From Nanobdellota archaeon (lineage in GTDB: Archaea; EX4484-52; LFW-46): DNA of 64,000 bases. The DNA is taken from NCBI GenBank assembly GCA_018897155.1, contig JAHILE010000029.1, positions 117 through 64,116 on the forward strand. Direction: 5' to 3'. Shown piece by piece: positions 19,802 to 28,432 of this stretch. Position 1 is the first letter of the stretch; every line of letters begins with the position of its first letter. Both the position numbers and the translations under genes were made by a program. The notes below the pieces were generated by a model, which was not told where the DNA came from, searched no databases, and saw only the letters and a list, made by a program, of their open reading frames with translations.

Positions 19802-22309
19802 ATGACCGTTTCTAATGGTTTGGACAAAAATGCAGAGCCTCCATCGCCTCAAAAATATCGGCTCGGCATATTGCTGTGCGTAAAAAACGGCATTTTTGAA
19901 CCAGGGGTTATAGCAAACGTTTTACAGCTGGGGCCGCATTATACGGCAAATCTGATGCTTAGATATCAGGGATTACTTTCTAAAGACGGGGGATTAAAAA
20001 CAGACGGCATAAGTGTGCTTGAAACTCTAGAAAAAGAGTATGCTGAGCAAACTCATTTTTACAGAAAAAGAATGGCGGGGTTGTCTGAAAATGGCGAAAT
20101 AAGCAAGAATGTGCTTGCGACAAAAGAACCATATAATTCAACAGGGCGCGATACGTTTACACCATCAAATCCTAAAGCTAATGATCCGAATATGGCTGCA
20201 ACTATTGACAAACAGGCAATTCAAGAAGAATTATTCGGAAGCCAATACATGAAAGATGAAAAAGAAAAAACGATGAGATGTTTTGATCGTAAGGATTACC
20301 ATAAAGCCCGTTTATTATATCAGGTGAACCAAGGAAATAATAACAATGCCGAGATAGCAAAAATTTTGGGAATTTCTACACCTTATGTTTATCTTCTTTT
20401 GGCAGAACTTGAAAGAGATTCATTGTTTGTTGGCACTCGAAAATCGAAAAAGCTTAATGAAAAAGGCGCTGCAACACTTTCGCGCCTGACAGAAAAATAT
20501 GGCGCCTTAGACGATTCTCAAAAAGACGCACCACATACGGAATATAAACAAATAAAAGAATTGATAAAAAAACCATCAGAACCCGATACACGTCTTTCTC
20601 AAAACCTCGTGCAGAATCAAGTAAAAGAAGAAATTAAGCCGGCGAAAGTTGATACTAAAATCAGCGATATTATCGGCGTTAATGATGGGCTGCCTGCAAA
20701 TGAACTTTCCGATGAGCCCGAATATGTTAGAAATGATCTGCTTGTTCTTAAGCTTTTGATGGGGGTCGAAAGCGGGCTTAAAGCAGATGAATTATTGGAT
20801 TTATTATCCGATGATGGCGGTTTGTATACTCTTGAGTCGCGGCTTAGGAAAGAGAAGCTATTTTCAAAAAAACTTGATGTTTATAGGCTAGAGGGTTCCG
20901 GCCGCAAAAAGTTGGATTCTTTGAAACAGGAATGCAGCACAGTAGTTCCTGAATATGCGGATATTATCGATTATCTGCGCGTAAACAAAATGATGCCGCC
21001 ACAAAAAAAGAATGCATATATCACTGCTCCGGCCGGAAACGCCCCAATAGCAAAAGACGAAAAATTACAGGAGATTTCTAAATCAGAGCATGAAAAGCCG
21101 AAGTATGAAAAGGAAGAAACGCCTTATGTTTCAAAGGAAACTGTTGTTGAAGCTTCAATCGAAAAAAATCCTATTGAAGTAATACTTGCTGAAAGCACGC
21201 CGCCGGAAAAAGCCCCACAAAAAGAACAAAGACCTCATTTACTTTATCCGGATAAAGAACTATTCGATAAATTACATACTGAAGAAACTGCGCAATTAAA
21301 CGTTGATAGCGTTCCTTCAGATAAAAAGATTGCAGAAATAATTGAATCTCATAAATTTATTGATGTTGAAGAATCTTCGGCTGAAATAACATATAGTTTA
21401 AACCAGGGTTATGTAAGGATTACTGACGGTATGGCTGGCTTTAATCTGCTGAAAATCAATAATTCATATAATTCAAACCCAAATCCCTCTGATTACGGAA
21501 TGAGGGTCAAACTTAGCCCGGAACTCGTGCTTCTTGAACTTGTGAAGCGCACTAAATCGACAAAAAAAGATTTGATGCATTATGCCGACACATACAATAA
21601 AAGAGATTGGGTAAATAGTACCCGTGTTTTGAAGAATGGGGTATTAATAAAAGAATCCGAAGGTATGTTAACGCTTACCGAAAATGCTATGAAATTGCTT
21701 GATGATGCAGAATACTGGCTATCGATATACTTACGCGGAGAAGACGAGCATTGCACACGCCGTTTTGATGAAGACGAGTCGTGTCTTCCAGCATTTATTA
21801 GAGGTGTGGGGAAGGTGTCATTGCATTCGCCATCTTCGACAGTTCTTAACAAGATTAAAGAGTATTGTGCAATTCCAAAAATAGGAGAGAAAGAAGAGCA
21901 GCCTGAACGAACGGCTTTTGTTAAGCCTGAGCCAGTTGTTGTTTACGAGGAGCTGCCAAAAATAAAACCTGTAGTTGCCGAATCAACAATTTCAACAATT
22001 AAAAAGAACGGAGATTCTTTAAAAGATACCGGAATATATGTAAAAGGTCATAGGTATGTCGTTTTTCTTGGCGGCAGAGGGCAAAGAACAATTGTTGCGC
22101 GTAATCGTTTTCAAGATATCGGAAAAAAGTATCTAAACGCACTTAAGACAGAGGGATTAATTGACAATAATCTTGATGAAACATATTTGGATTTAAAAGA
22201 TTTGGGCTGGATTACAGATAATAACGTAGACAAAGTAAAAACGGATAAGGGACAGGCAGCAGAAAGAATATTGGAACAGCTTATGAGTTCATCCAATGTT
22301 GTGGCATAA
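19802..22309 (+). CDS. large hypothetical protein (835 aa) with several predicted winged-helix/HTH-like segments
   Basis: Long ORF with coding-like composition; HTH-like stretches (NNAEIAKILGISTPYVYLLLAELER); no catalytic motif recognised. Confidence 0.55.
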   Translation: MTVSNGLDKNAEPPSPQKYRLGILLCVKNGIFEPGVIANVLQLGPHYTANLMLRYQGLLSKDGGLKTDGISVLETLEKEYAEQTHFYRKRMAGLSENGEISKNVLATKEPYNSTGRDTFTPSNPKANDPNMAATIDKQAIQEELFGSQYMKDEKEKTMRCFDRKDYHKARLLYQVNQGNNNNAEIAKILGISTPYVYLLLAELERDSLFVGTRKSKKLNEKGAATLSRLTEKYGALDDSQKDAPHTEYKQIKELIKKPSEPDTRLSQNLVQNQVKEEIKPAKVDTKISDIIGVNDGLPANELSDEPEYVRNDLLVLKLLMGVESGLKADELLDLLSDDGGLYTLESRLRKEKLFSKKLDVYRLEGSGRKKLDSLKQECSTVVPEYADIIDYLRVNKMMPPQKKNAYITAPAGNAPIAKDEKLQEISKSEHEKPKYEKEETPYVSKETVVEASIEKNPIEVILAESTPPEKAPQKEQRPHLLYPDKELFDKLHTEETAQLNVDSVPSDKKIAEIIESHKFIDVEESSAEITYSLNQGYVRITDGMAGFNLLKINNSYNSNPNPSDYGMRVKLSPELVLLELVKRTKSTKKDLMHYADTYNKRDWVNSTRVLKNGVLIKESEGMLTLTENAMKLLDDAEYWLSIYLRGEDEHCTRRFDEDESCLPAFIRGVGKVSLHSPSSTVLNKIKEYCAIPKIGEKEEQPERTAFVKPEPVVVYEELPKIKPVVAESTISTIKKNGDSLKDTGIYVKGHRYVVFLGGRGQRTIVARNRFQDIGKKYLNALKTEGLIDNNLDETYLDLKDLGWITDNNVDKVKTDKGQAAERILEQLMSSSNVVA

Positions 22310-22328
22310 TCTGTATTGTGGATATTCT

Positions 22329-22598
22329 TTATTTTACAGCCTTTTCAAACTCATCCATGAAGTCTTTTGTCTCGGATTCACAGCGCTTTATTGCAGAAAC
22401 AAGGGCATTTCTTGGGTCCTTTGCCTTGACAATGATTTTCGGGCTTCCAAGCGAAGGGTGCTTCTTTTCATAGGCTGCAAGCGTTACGCTGTTGTCTTCC
22501 CATAGCGATTCTCTGATAAGATTAGGGATTGTATGCCTTTCGCCCTCGATTTCCACCACAAGGGAGTCTTTTTTCTCTTCAAGAACATTGATTTTCAT
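22329..22598 (-). CDS. rpoL: DNA-directed RNA polymerase subunit L (Rpb11 homolog)
   Basis: 89 aa; pattern MKINVLEEKKDSLVVEIEGERHTIPNLIRESLWEDNSVTLAAYEKKHPSLGSPKIIV matches RpoL/Rpb11 dimerisation fold. Confidence 0.8.
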   Translation of the reverse strand: MKINVLEEKKDSLVVEIEGERHTIPNLIRESLWEDNSVTLAAYEKKHPSLGSPKIIVKAKDPRNALVSAIKRCESETKDFMDEFEKAVK

Positions 22599-22926
22599 TT
22601 TTAATCACTTTCTTCACCGAAAAATGAAATCCTTTCACAAGCTTCGCTTGTTTTGGGATTTAATGTTCCCAAAAGCTTGAAAAGCCATAGGCTTTTCAGG
22701 ACTCTAGGCTTTTCGGCATTCCCGAAAAAGCTTCAAGTTCGCAGCAGCGAACGAGATGATTTTCATAATTATCAGTTTTCTATCATTGTGAGTATAGATT
22801 TAAATAGATTAAAAACCGCACAATTCTGTATTTTCGGCATGCGTCGAAAAATACATGCCCTAATCACAAAGATTCATAAATGCATTGCAGCACTTTTTAT
22901 ATATCTTCGCGCAACTAAGTTAACAT

Positions 22927-23751
22927 ATGGTCTTTATCACAAAGCATGATGGAAGGCGCGAGGAATTCAATCCCGATAAGGTGCGCCAGAGCTGCATCCG
23001 TTCGGGCGCGTCGGAGGCGCTTACTAAAGAAGTCCTCGAATATATCACAAAACGAATCTACAACGGCATGTCGACAAAAATCCTTATGAAGCTGGTCTAT
23101 GACCGGCTGAACCGCGAGGAAGTGCATATCGCGCGCAGATACCGCTTAAAAGAAGCCATAGCAGATCTTGGTCCGGAAGGATATGAGTTTGAGTGGTATA
23201 TCACACATTTGCTTAAGTGTTCCGGATACAAGACAATTCACAGCCCGGAGCCGAAGATTCAGGGCAAGCTTGTCGATCATGAGATTGATGTTTTTGCAGA
23301 AAAGGAAGGCGAACGGGCGATAATTGAATGTAAGCACCACTTCCAGTCGCACACCTATACAGGCCTTGAAGTGCCGTTGATTCAGTGGGCGCGCTTTGAT
23401 GATATAAATAATAACGGCCTGAAAATGACATCTGCATGGATTATAACAAACACGAAATTTTCGGAGTATGCTATAAGATATTCAAAAGGAAAGGGCATAA
23501 AGCTCATCGGATGGAATTATCCTTTTGGGAGTGGCCTTGAGCGGCTTATTGAAGATTATCGGGCATATCCTTTGACACTGCTAAAGCTTCCGAGATTTTT
23601 GCGCATCAATCTTACAGAAAGAGGCATAACAAATATACCTGACTTTTTGAAGGCCGACACAAGGGCGCTCGGGGATGCAGGGCTAACAAACGAAAAAATC
23701 GCAGAATTAAAAGAGCTTTCAAACAAACTGGTAAATCATGGAAATCAATGA
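22927..23751 (+). CDS. ATP-cone domain fused to Mrr-type restriction endonuclease-like (PD-(D/E)xK) domain
   Basis: N-terminal ATP-cone (FITKHDGRREEFNPDKVRQSCIRSG), then Mrr_cat-like core (DHEIDVFAEKEGERAIIECKHH...WIITNTKFSEYAIRYSKGKGIKLIG). Confidence 0.75.
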   Translation: MVFITKHDGRREEFNPDKVRQSCIRSGASEALTKEVLEYITKRIYNGMSTKILMKLVYDRLNREEVHIARRYRLKEAIADLGPEGYEFEWYITHLLKCSGYKTIHSPEPKIQGKLVDHEIDVFAEKEGERAIIECKHHFQSHTYTGLEVPLIQWARFDDINNNGLKMTSAWIITNTKFSEYAIRYSKGKGIKLIGWNYPFGSGLERLIEDYRAYPLTLLKLPRFLRINLTERGITNIPDFLKADTRALGDAGLTNEKIAELKELSNKLVNHGNQ

Positions 23752-23770
23752 ATCGAACGATTAAAAACAG

Positions 23771-24463
23771 ATGGGGATTGAAATGAACAATACTTCACAG
23801 AAGAACCGCAATAAAAATAAAATTTTTGTAATTTTTGTAGCGCTCATCTTTTTGGGCTCAATGGCTGGAGCAATGCTGTATTCAACAGGAGATACAAAAA
23901 AGGCCGCTGATCTTCCTGCTTCAAAGATAGTTTCGGGATTGTCTGATGATCAAAAGCAGAGGATATTATTCGGTTCGCAAGAGAATCCTGCAGACCGTTA
24001 TGTGTTAATTACGCTTAATGTTCCAAAGATATGCGATCCAGAATGCAATGGCATAAAACAACTGATGGGACAGGTGCTTTCCGCATATGATCCTGCGATT
24101 TATCTTTCAGAAGTTCAATCAGAATCTGCTTCTAATTTAGGTGTTAGCGTACGGATGGAATCGTATCTGGATAAAAAAGAGCTTTCGGAATTTAATCTGA
24201 CTGGTGTGGAAGACTTTATTTGCAGCAATACAATATATCGGATAGATGAGTGTGTGTTAAGAAAAATGGATTTTGGTGCTTCTAATGAAAACAAAACAGA
24301 AATCAAGGAAATCAAAGGAACTGCAGGAGGAGAAAATTCAAGCGCAATCAATATCACAGCCTCAAATGCATCAAACAGTACCGGACAAGGAAATGTTTCG
24401 GACAGCGCAGTTTCAAACATCACCGAGCAGCGAAATATATCAAACAGCACAGGAACTCAATAA
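23771..24463 (+). CDS. secreted/membrane-anchored protein with N-glycosylation-sequon-rich C-terminus
   Basis: N-terminal TM/signal helix (IFVIFVALIFLGSMAGAMLYS), C-terminal Asn/Ser-rich tail with many N-x-S/T sequons (NSSAINITASNASNSTGQGNVSDSAVSNITEQRNISNST). Confidence 0.55.
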   Translation: MGIEMNNTSQKNRNKNKIFVIFVALIFLGSMAGAMLYSTGDTKKAADLPASKIVSGLSDDQKQRILFGSQENPADRYVLITLNVPKICDPECNGIKQLMGQVLSAYDPAIYLSEVQSESASNLGVSVRMESYLDKKELSEFNLTGVEDFICSNTIYRIDECVLRKMDFGASNENKTEIKEIKGTAGGENSSAINITASNASNSTGQGNVSDSAVSNITEQRNISNSTGTQ

Positions 24464-24521
24464 GCCTGTTGAATCAAGCGAACGCGCGAAATCAGTAAAA
24501 CCCGAAGCATTACCGCTAGTT

Positions 24522-25049
24522 ATGAGCTCATATGGCCTTATTAGTACAGGCGATTTCAAAAAGGCTTTACTTGTTCTCGAACAGGCGCTTGAAATTGCAC
24601 CGAATGACTTGAGGGCGCTTTTGCTTAAAGTCCAAATTCTTCTGTTATTAAGAAAACTGCGCGATGCAGACAAAACCACGAGCCTCATAATGGAATTATA
24701 TCCTGGCGATCACCACGTATATCTTGCAAAGGCAATATCAACGCTTTTTTATACGACTAATATGGCTGAATCCCTAAAATACATCAACAAAGGGCTTGAG
24801 ATAAGATCAGATTGCATTGAGCTCGTTTTGGCAAAGGCACAAATACTTTACCTGATGAAGGACCCCACATACAATGCATGGGTGCTGCAGGCTTCAGAGA
24901 TAGACGCATCAAGGACAGATACATTTCTTAAAAAATACTGGATTGAGCACTTTCCGGAACCGCCATCGCATACCGGAGCAGAGATTCATGGCCTCTTGCA
25001 GACGTTGATGTTTCTTGCAAGCCAGCAGAGTTTTGGCGGATGGAAATGA
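24522..25049 (+). CDS. TPR-like repeat protein
   Basis: ORF track gives 24273..25049 overlapping the upstream gene in another frame; first ATG after the upstream stop is 24522; TPR-like helices (ALLVLEQALEIAPNDLRALLLKVQIL). Confidence 0.5.
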   Translation: MSSYGLISTGDFKKALLVLEQALEIAPNDLRALLLKVQILLLLRKLRDADKTTSLIMELYPGDHHVYLAKAISTLFYTTNMAESLKYINKGLEIRSDCIELVLAKAQILYLMKDPTYNAWVLQASEIDASRTDTFLKKYWIEHFPEPPSHTGAEIHGLLQTLMFLASQQSFGGWK

Positions 25050-25088
25050 TGCATGTGAGTTATATATTTTTATTCACAATTAATTAAT

Positions 25089-26090
25089 ATGACACTTATT
25101 AACGATCGCTTTCTTAAAATTGAGAATCCGCCATTTCAGGATATTAAAATCAAATACTCCGAGGTTATAGGTACTGCAAAAGGACCGTCGCTTTTTGTGA
25201 TTTCAGGAATTCACGGCAACGAACTGACAGGAGTTGAGCTTATACGCCGCCTGCGCCAGTACCTTGAGAAAAAATCAATATACGGAAAGATAGTGCTTCT
25301 TCCTGTTGCAAATCCCCTTGCTTTTTACTCGCGCCAGAGAAAGACGCTTTATGACGGAAAGGACCTGAATCGATGTTTTCCAGGAGACAGAAGCGGCTCG
25401 ATTACCGAGAAAATAGCATTTGCGATAACTGAGGAAATCATAAAAACCTGCGACTACGGGATTGACATACACACAGGTCCCGAGGGACGAATCCTCATGT
25501 CGCATTCAAAGATTATGTTTGATGAGGAAAAGGAAATACTTGAGCTTGCGCGCGCTTTTGGAACCCTTGTTGCAATACCTAGGAAAGGAACTCCGACAAT
25601 GCTTTCAGTTTATGCAACATCGCAGAAAATACCCTCCCTTGGCGTTGAGCTCGGCGAGGCGAACAAGCTTGACGAGGCATATATTAAAACCGGATTTTTC
25701 GGAGTGATAAATGTCGCAAGATATCTTGGCATATTGAAAGGCACAGTAAATGTCTTGAATAAGCAGTTCATAATCACAAATCGGCTGAATATAAAGCCGC
25801 GAATTTCTGGAATATTCTTTCCTAAAGTGGCACTTGGATCAGTTGTGGGAAAGGGAACGCTTCTTGCAGAAATACACAACCTTGAGACTGACGAAAAAGA
25901 GGAAATACGGGCAGAAAAGCGCGGTATTATTATGTCGGTTCAGACTTATAGTGTCGCGCTTGCAGGAACAACTGTTGTGAGCATTCTTGCGCTTGACAGC
26001 GTTGCGACAAATGATGTCGCATTAAAGAAGAAAGTGACGTATTATCACTCAAATGACCCGGAGATTCTTTGGAAGGAGATGGTGTTTTGA
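25089..26090 (+). CDS. succinylglutamate desuccinylase/aspartoacylase (AstE/AspA) family zinc hydrolase
   Basis: LFVISGIHGNELTGVE zinc-binding motif and overall 333-aa family length. Confidence 0.8.
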   Translation: MTLINDRFLKIENPPFQDIKIKYSEVIGTAKGPSLFVISGIHGNELTGVELIRRLRQYLEKKSIYGKIVLLPVANPLAFYSRQRKTLYDGKDLNRCFPGDRSGSITEKIAFAITEEIIKTCDYGIDIHTGPEGRILMSHSKIMFDEEKEILELARAFGTLVAIPRKGTPTMLSVYATSQKIPSLGVELGEANKLDEAYIKTGFFGVINVARYLGILKGTVNVLNKQFIITNRLNIKPRISGIFFPKVALGSVVGKGTLLAEIHNLETDEKEEIRAEKRGIIMSVQTYSVALAGTTVVSILALDSVATNDVALKKKVTYYHSNDPEILWKEMVF

Positions 26091-26121
26091 AAATAAGCTC
26101 GGATTTGAAAGATTGTAATTT

Positions 26122-26862
26122 TCAAGGAATCGGAACCCAAACAGGTTGTATTGAAGGATTTTCTTCAAGATGCGTTTCTTGTGCAAATTTGTAAATATCT
26201 TTTATTGGAAAGTTGGTATATTCTTCAATTAATAAATCCATTTCCTCAAGACCTATTTTTCCTAAGTATTTTTCTTTTAATTCTTTTTCTGCGCGAGCAT
26301 ATTCTTCAGGCAGATTCTTTCTTCCATTAATTTTGTTTGATAAGAATTTTCTAGTTTGCCATAATGCATTAGCAGGTATATAAAAAAGGTCAATAACGGG
26401 TATTGAAGGCCCTACCGGCATTATTCTATAATGCTCTTCGCGGGCGTAAATCACTCTTTTAATTCCAAGTTTATCGTTCGTCCTATCCATTGCAATAGGA
26501 CTATAACAACCCATTATTGAAAGTTCTTCAATCGTTTCTTCAAGTTCTTTTGATTTTGGACCCCAAATACACGGTTGATTAAACGGTATGTACACATTTT
26601 CTTTTTTAGGTATTTCTTTATCAATTAAAAATGCTATTTGTTGGTAATCCGGAGGATAAAACTCGATAGGTTTTTTTGATTTTCCAACAAGATGCAATAC
26701 GAAGTCTCTTAAATATTTCTCATTATCGGTTGTACGTCTCATAATAATCCTCAAAAATAAATTGTTTTTTGGAATTATTAAATATCCAACGCACTTACTT
26801 GCGCCAAAAATCCTTTCGCTTCGCTCTAGGCTTTTTAGCACAAATTTATTCCGGCGCGGCAA
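26122..26862 (-). CDS. hypothetical protein
   Basis: 246-aa ORF; real start probably at an internal Met (MRRTTDNEKYL); no recognised domain. Confidence 0.5.
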   Translation of the reverse strand: MPRRNKFVLKSLERSERIFGASKCVGYLIIPKNNLFLRIIMRRTTDNEKYLRDFVLHLVGKSKKPIEFYPPDYQQIAFLIDKEIPKKENVYIPFNQPCIWGPKSKELEETIEELSIMGCYSPIAMDRTNDKLGIKRVIYAREEHYRIMPVGPSIPVIDLFYIPANALWQTRKFLSNKINGRKNLPEEYARAEKELKEKYLGKIGLEEMDLLIEEYTNFPIKDIYKFAQETHLEENPSIQPVWVPIP

Positions 26863-26904
26863 TTTGTGATAAAAATCCTTTCGCTTCGCTCTAGGCTTTT
26901 TAGC
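26806..26904. repeat. tandem pair of identical 34-nt repeats separated by a 31-nt palindromic spacer; member of a dispersed intergenic repeat family
   Basis: AAAAATCCTTTCGCTTCGCTCTAGGCTTTTTAGC at 26806-26839 and 26871-26904; spacer ACAAATT...AATTTGT; diverged copies near 22660-22760, 35225-35295, 55262-55350, 59689-59730. Confidence 0.85.
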
Positions 26905-27864
26905 TCAATTGTCCAAAGCTGAGACTTGAGCTAAAAATGCTTCAATCTGCAAATCTTCAGTCCCGCCCTCAACAATTCGGAATTCATATTCTCCAAGCTT
27001 GTCAATCAGGGCTGCTTTTGATTTATCCGGAATGTCGATATGCAGAATTTCGCGATGAAACGCCTTTATTACATCGAGCCCTGAAAGCCCGCGCATAATC
27101 ATTAAATCCGCCAGTTTCTTTCGCGCGTCCAAAAACTTCTTGTCAAGAGCCATTTTAAGAATTTCTTTTACTTCTTCGGGGCGCAAGGATGCTGCAACGG
27201 AATAAACGTCGTCTGCATCCACAGTTTTCTTGATTATAGACACTGACTGGAGAAGGTTTATTGCGCGCCTCATGTCGCCTTCAGCGACTCTCAGAAGCGA
27301 GTCCATTCCCGCCTTTGTGATTTCGAGCCCTTCAGTTTTCTCAATGCGGCGTATCTCGTTTTCAACATCTGCATCAGTCAATGGCTTGAAGCGGAAAATC
27401 GCGCATCTGGACTGTATCGGAGGAATCAGCTTTGATGAGTAATTGCACGAAAGAATAAATCTGGTGGTGTTTGTGTATTTTTCCATTGTCCTGCGCATTG
27501 CCTGCTGTGCTTCCTGGGTAAGCGCATCAGATTCGTCAAGAAATATTATTTTGAAATCCGAATTGAACGGCTTTATTCTTGCAAAATCCTTTATTTTGCT
27601 TCTGACAACATTTATTCCTCTTTCGTCAGATGCATTCGTTTCCATGAAATTGCGCTTCCAATCCTCGCCGTAAATCTCCTTTGCAAGCGCTATTGCTGCA
27701 GTTGTTTTTCCGACTCCTGCAGGTCCTGTGAATAGCATGTTCGGAAGCGACTTTTCTTTTACAAAGGCCTTCAGCCTCCCGATTATTTCCGAGTGCCCTA
27801 CTATGTCGTTAAGGCGTTCCGGCCTGTATTTTTCTGTCCAGATTTCAAACATGATCTTTTTCAC
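26905..27864 (-). CDS. rfcS: replication factor C small subunit
   Basis: EKYRPERLNDIVGH, Walker A LFTGPAGVGKTT, DEAD-like IIFLDESD, SRC motif (QSRCAIFRF). Confidence 0.9.
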   Translation of the reverse strand: MKKIMFEIWTEKYRPERLNDIVGHSEIIGRLKAFVKEKSLPNMLFTGPAGVGKTTAAIALAKEIYGEDWKRNFMETNASDERGINVVRSKIKDFARIKPFNSDFKIIFLDESDALTQEAQQAMRRTMEKYTNTTRFILSCNYSSKLIPPIQSRCAIFRFKPLTDADVENEIRRIEKTEGLEITKAGMDSLLRVAEGDMRRAINLLQSVSIIKKTVDADDVYSVAASLRPEEVKEILKMALDKKFLDARKKLADLMIMRGLSGLDVIKAFHREILHIDIPDKSKAALIDKLGEYEFRIVEGGTEDLQIEAFLAQVSALDN

Positions 27865-27872
27865 CTACGCAC

Positions 27873-28295
27873 TTAATTCGCCAGCCGTATGTCAATGATT
27901 GTGCTTGTTCCGTTTCCTGTATCCACTTTGCACCTGCACATAGGGTCTGATTTTTGATCAACATAGTCTCCGCGGTTTGAATCGGCATCCAGAGGAACGC
28001 ATACAGTGGGATATTTAAGGTCTGGTGATTTTGATAGCTCGCTGCATCCCCGTTCAAGCATTTTTTTGCTTAATACGTTATTATATCCGTATGAAAGCGC
28101 AAGAATCACCATCACTCCGAAAACAATTGCCATTAGCCATACTTTGCGGCTGCTTTTGGATGTGTCTGGCTCTACCTTTTCGGAGCAATACTCTTTCTTA
28201 GAATCTTTGGAAACGGCAGTTTCTTCAGGCTTTGTGTTTTTTACAGTGTTTTCAAGTTTATTTTTTTCATCTTTTGTTTTTGCCATAATTATCAC
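27873..28295 (-). CDS. small single-pass membrane protein with Cys-containing extracytoplasmic tail
   Basis: Charged N-terminus, TM helix (VWLMAIVFGVMVILALSYGY), C-terminal part with 4 Cys; directly upstream of rfcS. Confidence 0.5.
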   Translation of the reverse strand: MIIMAKTKDEKNKLENTVKNTKPEETAVSKDSKKEYCSEKVEPDTSKSSRKVWLMAIVFGVMVILALSYGYNNVLSKKMLERGCSELSKSPDLKYPTVCVPLDADSNRGDYVDQKSDPMCRCKVDTGNGTSTIIDIRLAN

Positions 28296-28432
28296 ACAAG
28301 ATGATACTTTTGCAGAAATAAAAAGATATTGTGGATTTAAATCCCGGCTATAACTCAGAATGTTTTATCATGCGACTTATCTGACAAACATATTTATGAT
28401 GCAAACACCATATATATACACATAACCTAATA

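Noticed and set aside
26806-26904. Possible CRISPR array (34-nt repeats, 31-nt spacer)
   Set aside because: Only two repeat copies and no cas genes nearby. Diverged copies are scattered singly in other intergenic regions. It fits a dispersed repeat/terminator element better.
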